From the human T2T-CHM13v2.0 reference genome, Homo sapiens, in assembly GCF_009914755.1 (NCBI RefSeq), contig NC_060931.1: a DNA stretch of 64,000 nucleotides. One strand, 5' to 3'. A program made the translations under genes and the position numbers. A model generated the notes under the pieces. It ran no database searches. It was given only the letters and a program-made list of their open reading frames with translations, and was not told where the DNA came from. Below are positions 28,851-52,623 of the stretch, piece by piece (the stretch's first letter is position 1; every line of letters starts with the position of its first letter).

Positions 28851-30789
28851 TTTTTTACTCTGTAAGATTTAGAACCCTAAGCCACACTCTTTTTTTTTCT
28901 GTACTCTTTAAAGAATATGTACTTGAAAAAAATCCTTGAAAAGAGAAATATGTACACATTTTACAGTTAATTGTACTACTTGGAAGAATCTCAATTTAAC
29001 TTTTCTATGAATGCTTTCGGAAGCTAAATAAGTCCAGTTTTGGATTCAGTAGACTACTTATTCAAATTTTCTGGGCTAAACATAGTGTTTGGTGTTTTTA
29101 TGATTATTACTTTCCAATTGGGCTTTAGATATGTTTATTATGTTATAGATCATGGTTTAGAATGACATTTACCAAGACACAAGAGAGTGATGACAGTGAG
29201 AAGTCATTACTTTTGTGAAATCTGCAATTAGGCTCAATTTTTAGCTTCTTGTTCTTGTATGACTTTCATCTAATAATTTTCCAGGAAATTATTTTGTGTC
29301 AACTTCAGATAACTGCAACTTTGGCTTGTTCACCAATTTAGAGGATGTTCTATTCTCTGTGCTATGAGGAATTAAACCTAAATTACAGGCTTTATATCTG
29401 ACATCCAAAAATGAGTGTGTCAATGCTTCAAATACAAGATTTTTTTTACTTTCAGTAATAATTTTCTGGTGTTTCAAGCACAGCTATTGTACTCACTTTG
29501 TTTCCTTTAACACCTGAATTATAAACTTTATACAAACTATAGCTTGGTTCTATGCATATAAATTAACATCATTTATAAGCAACACTTACTGAGCTTACTC
29601 TAAGCAAATATGTAGTCCAAAACTTTTGTAAGTTCTTGGATCAACAGCTTTAAATCTATTACTGTTATAAATTCTCAGATAGTTTAAAACACATAACAGT
29701 ACATTCAAATGTCTTATAGAGATATAACAAAAGAAGATGTGAATGTTTAAAAAAACTCCAACAACAAAAATTGTAATAAATCAACTTAATCCAATCTCCT
29801 ACTGCATAGTCAGCAAGCTAAAAAATTATATGATTTCCTTATGTCTTCAATTTTATTCATGCACAAATTCTCTTCTCTTCATTTATCTTACAGCTTTCCC
29901 AGAGCCACACAATATTCTTGGGATGCTGAGAAACCTGGAGAGCTAAACTCACAACGGACCACTCTCAGCTTATATACCTATTCTCACTGTGCATACCTAT
30001 AATTAAGAGCATTTATTTAGTACTTCCTATGTGTCTAGCATTACTACCCTTTGAAAGGGGTAGTTATTAATCCTTATAATATCCCAATAGTTTCTTTCAC
30101 TAATCACATTTGATAGTTGAGGAAGCAAGGCACAAAGATTTTAAGTAACTTACCTACAGTCTCAACACTTGCAAGTCACAAAGGTATGCATAATAATTCC
30201 ACCCCAGGCACTGTGACTCCACAACTATTACACTACGCTTCCTCCAACTAATAGGAACTTAGGTACAAAGACAAATTCAGCCCACACAGTACTATCTATG
30301 AATCCGGCTCTTGCTGTGCTGTTCACTAATACTCCACTTCTGCCTTCTAGACTCTAATGAAAATTCTAGCCCTGCCCTTATTCTGTGGAACAGCCCATAC
30401 CACTGGTACTCAAATGGAGCACTCTTACTTCCTTTCATGCCATGAAAGAGCAAGAGCTTTAGACCTTTTGTCATCGTCACAGGGGCACCTCGGGTCAGGA
30501 TTTAGAGAATTCTGAATTTTGATGCATTTTTTTTTTGTAGGATATTTTATTGCTGGCAAACTGGTTAATAAGTTGGGCTTGTAGCGCCATCCTAAAAATT
30601 CGCTAGATAATTAAAGAATTGATGGAACACAGACTCCCGAGATAGCACAAAAAACAAATCTCGAGATTTCTGGGAATTTGAAGTTCACAAAAAAGTCAAA
30701 ATTTATCAAATTGTAAATTAAGATGTTTTCTGAGTCACATACAAATACAAAATACCATTTCAAAAATGTTCAAATCATTAGAAAAACTA

Positions 30790-33700
30790 GACACTATGTA
30801 TTCTCTAAAATTTATTTACAGTTAATAAGTTAAAAAGCAAAGTACAAGCAGATTATAAATCTCAACCATAAGCACATCAAACTGTCCAGGGAAACACTTT
30901 GATTCCATTACAAACAATTGTTTTCTAATGCGCTTAAGACATAACACTCTATCAAAAAATATTTTAAACACACCAATAAATATTAGGCATGTATGTCCAT
31001 TAAAAACCATTAAAGAGTCCTGTGGCAATCCTTAAAACAATGAAAAACTTTTGAGTTCAAAATTGCTCAGATATTTTGTATTCAAATATTTTTAAAATTT
31101 ACTTAAGAGTTTTCTAAAAAATAGTACTATCATTTGCACACAGCAGATCAATAGGTGTCAGTCACCAGCTTAAGTTACACTTGTCAATATTCAAACTTGA
31201 ATAAAATAAACACACATCACAACAGCGACACTTTGCACTATCAACAATGAAGCTTGCCCTCAACAATTATGACGTTACTGGTTTTAGTAACATAAAAATA
31301 CATTGCTGGTTGACAGGAAGGATAAAAATGACATCAAGAATCTCAAAAAGTTATGTGAGGTGCCGGTCACCACATTTAGGCACTCAGGAATTAAAAATCA
31401 AATAAAAGCATAGCAAGGTGATGAATTTCCTCCTGGCTTCCCCCTCTACTTGTGCCATATGAGATAAAAGAGAAGGCAAGAGAATGAACGAAGATCATGA
31501 GATTTCTTTCAAAAACTATACACAAGCTAAGCTACAGACTTCACTTCAGAGGAGTAAGTGGATGCCTCATTATAAAGGCCACTATGCCAAGTTTCTTTTC
31601 ACATTCTGTGACAAAGTACCCATGAAATACTTTCACTTTCCTATTAGTATACCAGTCAACTATATTAGATGTTGCTTCACATTTTAAAAGTTGTCACATA
31701 GGTTTTTACCAAAGGGCAAAAATAAAGATTTTTTACATCTTATTTCACAGACTAGAAATGGCATAATTTTTGAATAGTCCAGATGAATACCATATTGAAT
31801 TCAAGATGGACAATCAGATCCAAAATGGAATCAGATAGCCCATGTAATCCAAAGAAGCATTTATGTGAGTTCAAGTATGCTAAAGTAACAAGGCATAGGA
31901 GAGAAAAATGTCAAGAATCTCAGTTAAAATAAATGAATGGTGTCAGTGGTTATGTTTCAGTGGTGTGCTGAGCAGTTATCCTCCCAGTTAAGCCAAATTT
32001 CAAAATCCTCTGGAAAACTATCTAGATAAGCTGTATGTCGAAATTGCATTCTAATATGGCCATTGGGTTTATTTTTCATTATTATAAAACTATATACAAT
32101 AGTAAAGTTGTACAAATACATTTTTTCCAGGTGCTAGTTAGCTATAAAAGTTAACAATATATTTTTGGGAAGAAAACCCTATGCATCTGAAATACAATTG
32201 GCAATGGAAGCTAATAACCAAAAGATATGTCTAAGCTTCCTATCACAAATATAATTTAACACTCTCCATCTTCTAAGGAATTATTCATTTTTATTTACTC
32301 ATGTGACAGTGTTTGTACAATGCATTATCATTGAGTAGTGAATAAAAGACTGAGGCTTACTAGAAAACTGGCATCAAGTTATATATATGTGTGTATATAT
32401 ATATCATATTATTTCTTTTAACAAGAACACTGAAATTGAAGTCACAACACTCCTATACGGACTACTAAACTTGAAATACTCATTTCAGAAAGCTATGCCA
32501 TTTGAATTCTAGGAACGCAAGAGTCAAAATTGTAACTCTCATTATTCTCCTAAAAAGCTGCCAAGCAGAGATAAGCTTTAGTATTAAAGATTTCACATGT
32601 CAAGTTCCAGCCCAGTATGGATCGTTTCATGGCAGAATACTTAAATTTGAAATAATAGTGGTACAAAAACACTACTTGACCCTTTAGGTATTGCAGTAAA
32701 AGCTGGCTGTGGCACTGCTGGCTAAAAACTATTAAGTTTTCCTGCCACAAATGACCAAAGGCACTTGGATAATCAAGAATTCCACACTGGGCCATATGGT
32801 ATAAACACTATAAAAGCGTAAAGAAGGGTCAGTATTCTGTGTGTCTCGCCTGTTTGATTCCTGTGGTCTTCAGCTGTCAAAGACCTAGAACTGCAAACAT
32901 ATAATGAGTGGCAAAAAGGTTAAAAAAAATGTTGGGACAAAAAAATCAACTAAAAATCAACTAATTTTCATTATGTTTGTAAAACTGATGAATATTAGTC
33001 TAGACATTTCTTGTTATCCAACAACAAAAACAAAAAGGAAATAGATTTCGCCCAAAGTAACCTTAACCAGTTATTTGATACCAAGAAATGCCTCCACCCC
33101 TCTTGATCATTAATAGTTCTAAGAATTCTAATGGGTATTCTGTTTATCATTTTAGTGATAATGTTTACACACATCCATCTCTCCTATGCAACTCCCATTT
33201 TAAAATACATTATCCTTGTAAAATACATTACAAGGATAATGTATTTTAAAATACTTTAACGCATAATATTCCTAGATTTGTATGTTAGACCAGGACAGGG
33301 GGCCAAATCATCTCCAGTCGGATTCCAGTGACTCCTGTAACCAAAACCAGTTCTTCACAATTTATTCATTTTTTTTAATCACACACCATATGGTTTCAAT
33401 GCATTTTTTTATTCAATTCAAAAGAATTTAACAAGTTAACTTTTCCTAAACAAAAGTTTTCATGTGTATTCTACCATTTTTAGGAGCTCAGTAAATATAA
33501 ACATTGTTTCAATACAAAACCTTTAAAAATACCTTGAAAATGTTTAAACAGTTGTATTTTGCATGTCTTTGTTTGTAATCACTGAGCCCATACAAATCCT
33601 TGCACTACTAACAGTCACAAGCTTGAACCTCTTAAAAAATATCCTCGATCAAAGCTTTGGAATCCAGTAAAAATTAGGAAACGAGTGGGCTTCAGAATAC

Positions 33701-34218
33701 CCTGAGCACAAACTAGTGCAACACCACATGTTCGAACTTCTGTCCACAAAGAGGGGTGACAGTGAAATAGAAAAAGGGGGAGATAAAGAACAAGTAAATT
33801 CTGGCTTTATTACACAAGCACGAAACCAAATTCCTTTGGAAAAATAATGTCTTCGGAGGACTTCCAGACCAGTGAGGTAGAGTCCAACAGTGAGAAAACG
33901 GATCTGCCCCTAAGGTCCTGGAGACGTCTCAATCGGTGGTCAGGAAGAAAGGGACCTCCCCTGCGGGTCCAGCTGTCCCCTCCCTCCGCAGGCCGGGTAC
34001 GGGAGGCAGCAGAGGGCACACCTGCCCCAGCGTCCAAGACGACCGCGCCGCGGCCCGGGACAGGGACAACCATCCGGCAACTTCTTCGCGCGTAAAGTGC
34101 ATTGGGGGCCGGGGTCCTGGCCGGATCTGTAAACACTCGACTGACACTTGTTCATTCCTCCGGGCGGAAGGCCTGTCCCAAGGTCGGGGCCGGCAGGAGG
34201 CGCCCTGGAGGCCGCACC
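30790..34218 (-). other. CCDC71L: Probable long 3' UTR of CCDC71L
   Basis: ~3.4 kb with no recognisable transposon right after the stop codon, in an otherwise repeat-saturated window; PUM-type TGTANATA at 30813-30820 and 32091-32098 (minus). Confidence 0.65.
30811..30820 (-). terminator. Candidate CCDC71L poly(A) signal AATAAA overlapping a Pumilio element (TGTAAATAAA)
   Basis: Plus-strand TTTATTTACA at the left edge of the repeat-free AT-rich block downstream of the CDS; actual usage not demonstrated. Confidence 0.5.
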
Positions 34219-34965
<747 letters not shown>

Positions 34966-35099
34966 CTACTGCCGCCGCCGTCCCAGTCCGCGTTGGCTCC
35001 GCGGCGGCGGCTGCTGCTGGCGTCTCTCGCTACTTTTCTCGCCTCCGCCGCCGCCCCTCCCCCTCCGAGGGCGGAGGACGCGGGCGAATATCCTGCTGC

Positions 35100-35292
35100 C
35101 CGGTACAAGATGGCGGCCGGCGCCCACCCCTGGGCTTTGTCATTGGACGGCGCCTCGCCCCCCTGGTTTCTCTTTCTTCTCCTCTCTTGCCTCTTTTCGC
35201 CGGCTGCCTTTCTTTAAATGTGCCCGCCTCAGGCCCCTCCCACCGCAGCCCCGACTCCACCCATTGGGTGCTCTCAGAAGAGGGGCGGGGAC
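35100..35292 (-). promoter_or_regulatory. CCDC71L core promoter elements: GC box, CCAAT boxes, TATA-like element, YY1 site
   Basis: GGGGCGGGG 35282-35290; CCAAT on minus at ~35263-35267 and ~35142-35146; TTTAAA 35213-35218; CAAGATGGCGGC 35106-35117. Confidence 0.65.
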
Positions 35293-38200
35293 TGATGGGG
35301 GAGAGGCCAGTTCCTGGAAGATGGTGCTGGGGTGGGTGATGGCCTTTGAACGTAAGTCAACGGTTGGGTGGATCTAGGAGGGCTGCCACGTCTAGAGTAA
35401 GAGGGTGGATGTTGGCTACACCATGGGAAGAGTGACTCTTAGAGTGAGGGGGTGTGCAGTTGTGGATTGAGCTGGGAGCTCTACCAGTGTGGATAACAAA
35501 GGGAGATTTCCCTGAAGGATGTTCCTGGTATCATCACAGCTAGGGAATTTGGGTTTAAGTCTAGGGGAAATGGGCCTTTCGCAATTCCCATCCACCCTCT
35601 CAAAGGCCTCTTCTGGCATCTTCATTCAAAACTCTTCCCTGTCTTGACCCCAGCCCATCTCAAGAAGCCAGTAGTAATCCAGAATCATTCAGGTAATGTG
35701 CGTGGCTGGCAGCTGAGAGATTTTAGTCTCCCTCTGGACACTGGAGCCATCTTCATATTTAAGAGAGACCCTGCTTATCCAGAAAGCAAAACATGTCATA
35801 CCCTATAAAACTAAATACTCTTTGCTCAAGTTGATCAAAGATCTATTACAATAAAGCCATTCTGTGAAAAGAAAATATAGTTTTAAATACACAGTTCTTT
35901 ATGGATGCCAATTCGTTTTTCATTTAGTTTTAAAATGTCAAAGCCACCCCTATCATTTAGAAAGGATGCATCATCGCAGACAACAGATAAGGTTTCGTTG
36001 AAAAACACAAATTGTTCAAAACACATTACCTTTTGTATTGGGAGGAGAGTAGTGGACATCCTTTAGTCATCTTTTCTGTCCTCTATACCTAACTCAGTTC
36101 CTGTCAGGTAGTGGACACTCAATGTGTTTGCCGAATGAATCAATGAAATACCACCGATTATCCCAAATAGAGTCAGAAATGTTGAAACTGCTTAGAACAG
36201 GACAATTAGATATTTTATATTGCAATTTTCACAGAACTCCTTTAAATTTCTTAAGGTTAAAAGAAAAAATCTCCCGACACTTAGAACTTTGAGGTGGGCA
36301 TGTGGATTTTACCCAGGAAACATCTTATTTTGCAGTAGTGAACAAATAAAGTATAGGAGTTTTGTGATTTACATGTAGTTGCTAATGGTTTCCTCAAATA
36401 TTTGACCTGAAAGAGACCTAGTTCATTCTCCTTATTTAACAGGTGAGGAAATCTGTACCATAGAGGTTCAGTAACACAGCTGGCTGATAGCAGAACTGGG
36501 ATTCTAAATCCTTCGATTTCTAATCTAGTGATCTTTGTATTTCACTGAAGGTTTTTCAAACTGTGCTGTCCAGACTCTAAGGAATTCAATAGAACATGCT
36601 TTATGCATAAGTAGAATGACGAAGGACAGAGCTGTACCCCTATTCCTACTTCCACCCCACCCAGAATTGAGCAGTTTTTCTCTGTCTTATAATAGATTTA
36701 TGAATAATATTTTGTTTGTTCAGTTTCAATAAAACCTAAAATAAATAATTTGAAAGCTCTACACCAGAGATGTCAAATTCTTGAAAGCTCTCACCACACA
36801 ATGAGTTTATGGCAAAAATAAAACTCCACACAATGGGCTTATGGCAAAAATAAAACATCTAACCAGGAACCAGCTCTCTAGCAAAATCATGGTAACTTTC
36901 TGAATAGAAAATCATTTTCCTAGAAAAGCACACTCTGATCTCAGAACAAGATTACAGAGCCAAATACCAGCTTCCTAAATCCTTATAAAGGAATGATATA
37001 GCAACAACTCTTTACATCACAATTTGCTCTTTCCGTAATTCTGAGACACATAGTAAAGTGAAATTTGAATAATTTCCATTGGAATACCCAAAATCTAGAG
37101 TGAGCCATGAGAAAGTTAGGGGGGCTTCATAATGAAAAGCAAGGATAAAACAAGGATTAAAGTAGACCTGGCTTTTCATATTGGAATCCCCTCCCTTCCT
37201 TGATAATCATCATTTTATAAATTCTTCAGGGTCTTTACCACATAAATATATTCCAGACATTTACATAAATGTATAGAACTTATTTCAATTAAGAAGATAA
37301 ACCTTTTTTAAACACAATTTTGGTTCTAAGAAAACATAAGATCTCAACTTGCCAAGTATTCAAGAGTTCATTTTATAATGCATGCTCATTTAATTTACTT
37401 AAAACCAAACAATATTTTTTATGAAATACTTTTAGGAACTAATATCATGATAAAGTGCTTATGTTATCGTATACATTTAAATTTGACATTATTTGCTCTA
37501 TTCTGTTTCCTCTATTATTTTTAATTTTTTCTTGACCTCCACCTTTTAATTAACTCTAATAATCTTGCAAATGGTTCCTTATCTGTTCTCCATAAATAAG
37601 CAAAATTTACACATAGAAATAATGTATCTCTTCTAGTTCCTGAGACTTGAGATACTATGAAGTTTATGGAAAGTTGGCAAATTAAATTTTTGCTCTTGAG
37701 TAACGATATTTTACAACCCTTAGTTTATTCCTTTACCTCTCAAGGGTAATAATGCCTCCTATGTCTGCTAAATAAGTGATGAATAATAATAAACAAAAAA
37801 AAGCTGTATGTATTTACTTTCTGTATTCAATATTTATGTAGTTAAAAAATAAATCCAAGCCGAATAAAGTGATGGGAAAAATTAAATAAAATGTATCTTT
37901 TAGCTACCCAGAAGTATTGCTTTAGAATCCAATTTCTATAAAATAATCTGCCTCTTGAAAAGTGGCCAAAAAAATTTTGAAAATCTATATAAGTGGTTGC
38001 AAACATCAGCTCTGGAATCAAATAAACTTGGGGTCAATTATATCTTTACAAAAAAATATTCTTAGACACATTTTTCACCTTTCTGAGTCTCAGCATTCTC
38101 ATCTATAAAATGAGTATAACTTCTAACTTCAAAGTTTTAAGAACTGGACGAGAGAATATTCATAAAACACTTACTGTAGTGCCTGGAACACAGCATTCAA

Positions 38201-40126
38201 TAAAAGCTATTCCTATTTGTCTTATTTATTTTTGAGGATTTTACTTGGTTTAATCAATATATTTTAAGCCCTGTATTACAGAATGTCTACATATTTTTTT
38301 AAAGTAGTGGCATTGATGAGAGGAAAATAAAAACTTTACAGCTAGAAGAAACTTAGAGATCATCTAATGAGTCCAACATTGTTAATTCAGATGAGAATTC
38401 TGAGATGCCAAGAGATCTGCCTAAGGTCACAGAGCTGTACAGTGGAAGATTCTGAGCTAGAACGTAGATCTCTAACTCTAGTTCAGAATTGTTTCTAACA
38501 TTCTACATTTTGTACTTAACCAAGGAGATAGCATTAATTGCTGGCTTAAATGATGTTAAATATATTTGATTCAGCAAGAAAAAACTCAGCCTTGTCATTA
38601 GACCTATTCTAAAAGTAATTTAGATTTTTATACAAAAGTTAGCTCAAACCCTGATATGCTCTGCAACGGCTTAATGTGAAAAACATAAAGACCATATAAA
38701 CTGAGAGGATAGGACTTTCTTTTGCTTATAGGAATACCTGTACTTTCCCTATTTTTCCCGCTAATTGCAACTAAAAACCTTGGATGTTATATATAAAGTA
38801 TACATAAGAAGACTCTGAAAAATGGAGAAGAGAAGGCAGACAGGCTGGAGACCTCAGAGAACCCAAAGAAGGGCATGGCAGTGAGTTCCCTGGGTCTCCT
38901 TTCTTCTTCTTTTCTCTTTTTCTAGCAAATCTGAGACTGGGTGCTAGACAAGCCAACAACCCCAAAATGCCAACAGATGCAAACATAAAAAGCCCCAACA
39001 AAATCTTCTTCTCTCTAGCTACAGGACCGGGAAAGGAGGGGCAGCCTAACAAAACGGAAAGCTTTTAGAAAATAATTTTCCTACTGCTGCAAAACACCAT
39101 AGAAAAAAATTATGACTTCTACCCTTGCCAGGCTATAAAAAGGCACCCCCACCACCTCTGCTAGGGTGGTATGAGAGGAGGCTGGATAAGAAATCAGGAC
39201 TTTAATCCTTGTTGGGCAGTAAACAGGCAATCTGTACCCATGGTGTCAGTGGAGACCATGTGGTGAATATAACAAGACAATCCTACCCACCTTCTCGGCC
39301 CTAGTGAGAAGCCAGAATTCCTACCCCCATTCAGCAGTAATGAGGGGCTCCTTTCCCCATTTCAGGTATCAGTGGAAACAGAGGAGAAATCTGGACTCTG
39401 ACTTGGCAGTATTGAGGCAGTGCCCACCCCACCCCCATTAGGACAGTGTCAGAAAAACAGCTAAAACATTTAAATAAGATCCAGAGTTGTATAATGTAAT
39501 ACCCAAAACATTCAGGTTTCAATAAGAAATTACTTACCAGAAAGCTCTCAAACTGAATGAAGAAAGATTATCAGTAGATGCCAACATTGAGATGAGAAAG
39601 ATGTTAGAATTATATAAAAAAGATTTTAAGCAGCCATCAAAAAATATTTCAATAAGCAATTATGAACACTCTTAAATGAAAAATACAAAGCTACTTCAAA
39701 GAAATAGAAAATCTCAGCAAAGAATCAAGAGATATAAAAAAGAACTAGATGAAAATTTTAGAATTGAAAAAAAAATACAACCACCAACATAAAAAGCTCA
39801 GTGGATGGGCTCAACATTAGAATAGAGGACAGAGGAAATAATTGGTGAACTTGAAGATAGAATAATAGATATTATCCAACCTGAACAGAGAACTAATAGG
39901 CTGATTTTTTCAAAAGCCCTCAGGGGCCTCTGGGACTATAAGATCTAATATTTGTGTCATTAGAGATCTGGAAAGAGAGGAGAGAAAATATGAGGCTGGA
40001 AAAATTACTTAAAGAAAGAATGGCTGAAAATGTTCCAAATTTGCAAAAGACATAAATCCACAGATTCAAGAACAAACCCAAATAAGATTAACCCAAAGAA
40101 ATCTACATCAAGGTACATCAAAGTCA

Positions 40127-40474
<348 letters not shown>

Positions 40475-40920
40475 TTAAGTTTGTACTTAATCCAAGGAGA
40501 TTAAGATCCAAGAAAAAATACTGAAAACAGCTAGATAAAAACAACAGTTTACTTACGAGAGAAAAGCAATTCAAATGACAGCAGATTTCTCATCAGAAAC
40601 CATGGAGGCCAGAAGGAAGTGGCCTTTTTTCACATGCTGAAAGAAAAGAACTGTCAACTCAAATTCCTATATTGAGTGAAATAATCCTTTAAGAATGAAA
40701 AGAAGATCAAGACATTCTCACATGAAGGAAAACAGAGTATTTGTTGCCAGTGGACCTACGCTAAAGAATGACTAGCAGAAGTTCTCTAAATAGAAAGGAA
40801 ACAATAAAAGAAGGATTCTTGGAATATTAGAATAGAAGAAAGAACATGGTAAGCAAAAACTTGGGTAAACAGAATAGACTTTCCTTCTCCTCTTTAGTTT
40901 TCAAAATTATGTTTGATGGT

Positions 40921-41301
40921 TGTTATGGACTGAATATTTGTGTCCTCCCAAAATTTATATCTTGAAGCCCTAATCCCCAGTGTGACTGTATTTGGAGATA
41001 GGGCCTATGAGGAGGTGATAAAGGTTAAATAAAGGTCATAAGAGTAGGACCCTAATCCAGAAGGGCTGGTGCTCTTATAAGAAAAGAAAGATGTCAGAGG
41101 TCTCTCCTTTGCCACTATATGAGGATACAGTAAGAAGGCAGCCATCTGCAAGCCAAGAAGAGAGCCTTCACAGGGAACCAAATTGGTTGGCACCTTGATC
41201 TTAGATTTCCCCATGTCTGGAACTATGAGAAAATAAATTTCTATTTTTTAAGCCACACAGTCTGTGATATTTTATTATGGCAGCCCAAGCAGACCAATCC
41301 A
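40921..41301 (+). mobile_element. MLT1A-like solo LTR with 5-bp TSD ATGGT
   Basis: TGTTATGGACTGAATATTTGTGTCC...GCAGCCCAAGCAGACCAATCCA; ATGGT on both sides. Confidence 0.88.
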
Positions 41302-41475
41302 ATGGTTGAAGTGAAAATTAGTAACACTGATGTGGCTCTGTATGTATGTAGACAAAATATTTTAAACAAATATGTTAAGAGTCAGGATAAACAGACATAA
41401 AGAAAGATAAGGTTTCTATATTTCACTAGAATTGGTAAAAATGACACCAGTAGTCTGGGATAAGTTATGTATATA

Positions 41476-42304
<829 letters not shown>

Positions 42305-42851
42305 TATAGTGTAACACCTAGAGCAACCACTGAAAAAGCTATAGAAGGATATGTTCAAAAACATTACAGATAAATCAAAATAGAATTCTAAAAAAAGTTT
42401 AATGCACGGAAAGAAAAAAATAGAGAAATGCAAAACAGAATAAAGGGAAAACAAACCAAAAGGATTAGGCTATAACATAATATTTTGTATCAGTGCTTAT
42501 TTATTAGTGATTGATCAGAAATTGCCCAAATTGGAAATGGACCAAGAAATTGGCCAGACCTGAAATTAGCTAGGCCTGATATTAACCAAAATCCTAAGGA
42601 ACAAAGGGAAAAAGGTTTCTTTTCACGTTTAGTCCAAAACCTAGTTCTGTTTTCTTTTACCCATTGCCCTGTCTCCTAGAACTTCATAGAACCAATCTCC
42701 AAAAGTAAATTTTAGATTATGTCAAAACTGCAATGTAAGAAATTTCTTTATATTGTTAACTCATATTAAATTTAAAGCCAACTAGAAACCATTTTTTCCC
42801 ATATGAATTACTGCAAAATTAAGTGTGCCCTGAACTATACTGTACTTGGAG

Positions 42852-43156
42852 CAGGGTCTCCAACTTTTTTGGCACCAGGGACCAGTTTTGTGGAAGACAT
42901 TTTTTCCACGGACACCTCAGATCATTAGACATTAGTTAGATTCTCATAAGGAGCATGGAACCCAGATCCCTTTGCATGTGCAGTTCACAATAGCGATCAT
43001 GCTCCTATGAGAACCTAATGCCACTGCTGATCTGACAGGAGGCAGAGCTCAGAGAGTAATGCTTGCTCACCTGCTGCTCACTTCCTGCTGTGCAGACTGG
43101 CTCCTAACAAGTCATAGACTGGTACCAGTCCACGGCCCATGGGTCGGCAACCCCTG
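42852..43156 (+). mobile_element. MER1B (hAT-Charlie MITE)
   Basis: CAGGGTCTCCAACTTTTTTGGCACCAGGGACCAGTTTTGTGGAAGAC...GGCAACCCCTG; 8-bp TSD-like ACTTGGAG/ACTTAGAT. Confidence 0.88.
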
Positions 43157-43159
43157 ACT

Positions 43160-43620
43160 TAGATGACTTTACATTTATCTCTGTTAAATTTCATTTTGTT
43201 GATTTCAGTACAACATTCCTACCTATTGTGGTACTCTTGGATCTAAATTCTATAATATCTGATTTTGATTAATCCTTTTAGTAAATTAGACCAGCATCCT
43301 TCCACCTTAAACCAAGTCACCAATGGCACTACCGGTTGGAACAGACTCAATGACAAAGACCTGTGTCACTCTACTGGAGACTTGATCATACTGACACACA
43401 CCCATCTGTAAGCACTTTTTGCTTACGGTTGGCTCACTAGCCTCAAGACTTTTGTTATTATCACCCAGATCACAATTTATTATCCAGGAAGATATTAAAA
43501 GAAACATTGTCAAATTTTGTTGAAATCAAAATATGCTGTGTCTATGAGTTTTCCCCTAACCTACTAAACCTGATAAACCTATTAAAAATAAAATGAAGTC
43601 ATCCCATAATTTTTTATAAG
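43160..43620 (-). mobile_element. L3/CR1 LINE relic
   Basis: ACTTTACATTTATCTCTGTTAAATTTCATTTTGTT...TGTCAAATTTTGTTGAAATCAA, typical of antisense CR1. Confidence 0.55.
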
Positions 43621-44262
43621 GTCTCAGACTATTTGATATCAACAGTGGACCACACTTGTACTCTCCTCTCTCTTAATAATTTTGGAGCTCCACTCTAATT
43701 ACATGCAAAAATAATTAGCCAGTTTGACACTATTAGTATCAGATTAGAAGAATATTAACATATTAAACCATAAACATGGAAAAAAGATCTAAGTACTATA
43801 ATTAAACAAGAGTCGACAAATTCATATTATTACTTTAAAAACAATATGATGCTTTTAGACACATAAGTAGGATGCATAAGTAGGCGTATAAAATTCCAGA
43901 ATCATAAAATAATCTTAAAAAATTTTTTACTCAATACCACCCAGATTAAACCCCTAAAACACAATCCTGTCCCTTTAGTGCTCAGAAATCCTGAGTGGAT
44001 CTACTTTGCCTACCAAATTGAGAACAAACTCTGTAAGCTGCTATTCAAAAGCCTTCAAATTATGACACTATCCAGCTTTTAGGACCCATTTATGCCTAGG
44101 CCAGAGCAAAACTTCCCACCAAACTTTACCTCAACATGTTCCTAGAATGCCTATTAATTCAGTCATTCAAATAACTTATTGAGAATCTGCTATAGCTGGA
44201 AAGCTGGGAATAAACTGTGAGCAAATTGTGTCAGGAATTTGCTTCATGATGCTTATAGACTA

Positions 44263-45050
<788 letters not shown>

Positions 45051-45785
45051 AGAGCTATAGGTTTAACTAGGAATCATACAGGTGTAACATATGTGAATAC
45101 TCATATTCTATGTCAGACTCTGTGCTCCATACTTCACATGGATTACTTCATGTAATCTCACAGCAGTCCCTTGAGGTAAGTACTATTCTATATGCCCCAC
45201 TTTACAGCTGGGCACACAGAGACTATTCTTTCCCCTTTCCAAATTTTACCCATCCTTTGAGGCTCAACAAAGCCATTGGTCCCTATATGTTCTCTTCCTT
45301 CTGTGAAGGCTGTGGCATTTTCATTTTCATTTCTCTTACAGCACACTTCCCCACCCACCCACACCCTCACCTTACCCTCACCCCTAGAAGAACCACTGTT
45401 ACTGGCGGGGATGGGTTGTATCTCTCAATTCTGTTAGAGAAGAAGAATAATTGTGAATCATCTAGATTATAAATTCCCTCACAGTAATGCTGTGTTCTAT
45501 TCATCTTTTTACTTGTAATTGCATGTAGCAATAATACCTTAGTATTTTCTCTGAAGGTAGTACACTAAAGTTTAAAGAATACTTTATCTGATGTGATCTT
45601 CAAAGAGCCAGATGAGGGAAACAAGAAAAAATATTCTCATTTTATGGATGAGCTTCAGGTGAAGCTAAGTAAGGTGCTCCAGTTGCTAATTGACATGCTC
45701 CAGTAAAGTGATAAAGCTGAATCCTGAATCACAGTTTTCTGATTCAAAGAGCAGCACTCGCCCCATTTATAAAAGGAGGTTGACT

Positions 45786-52623
<6,838 letters not shown>

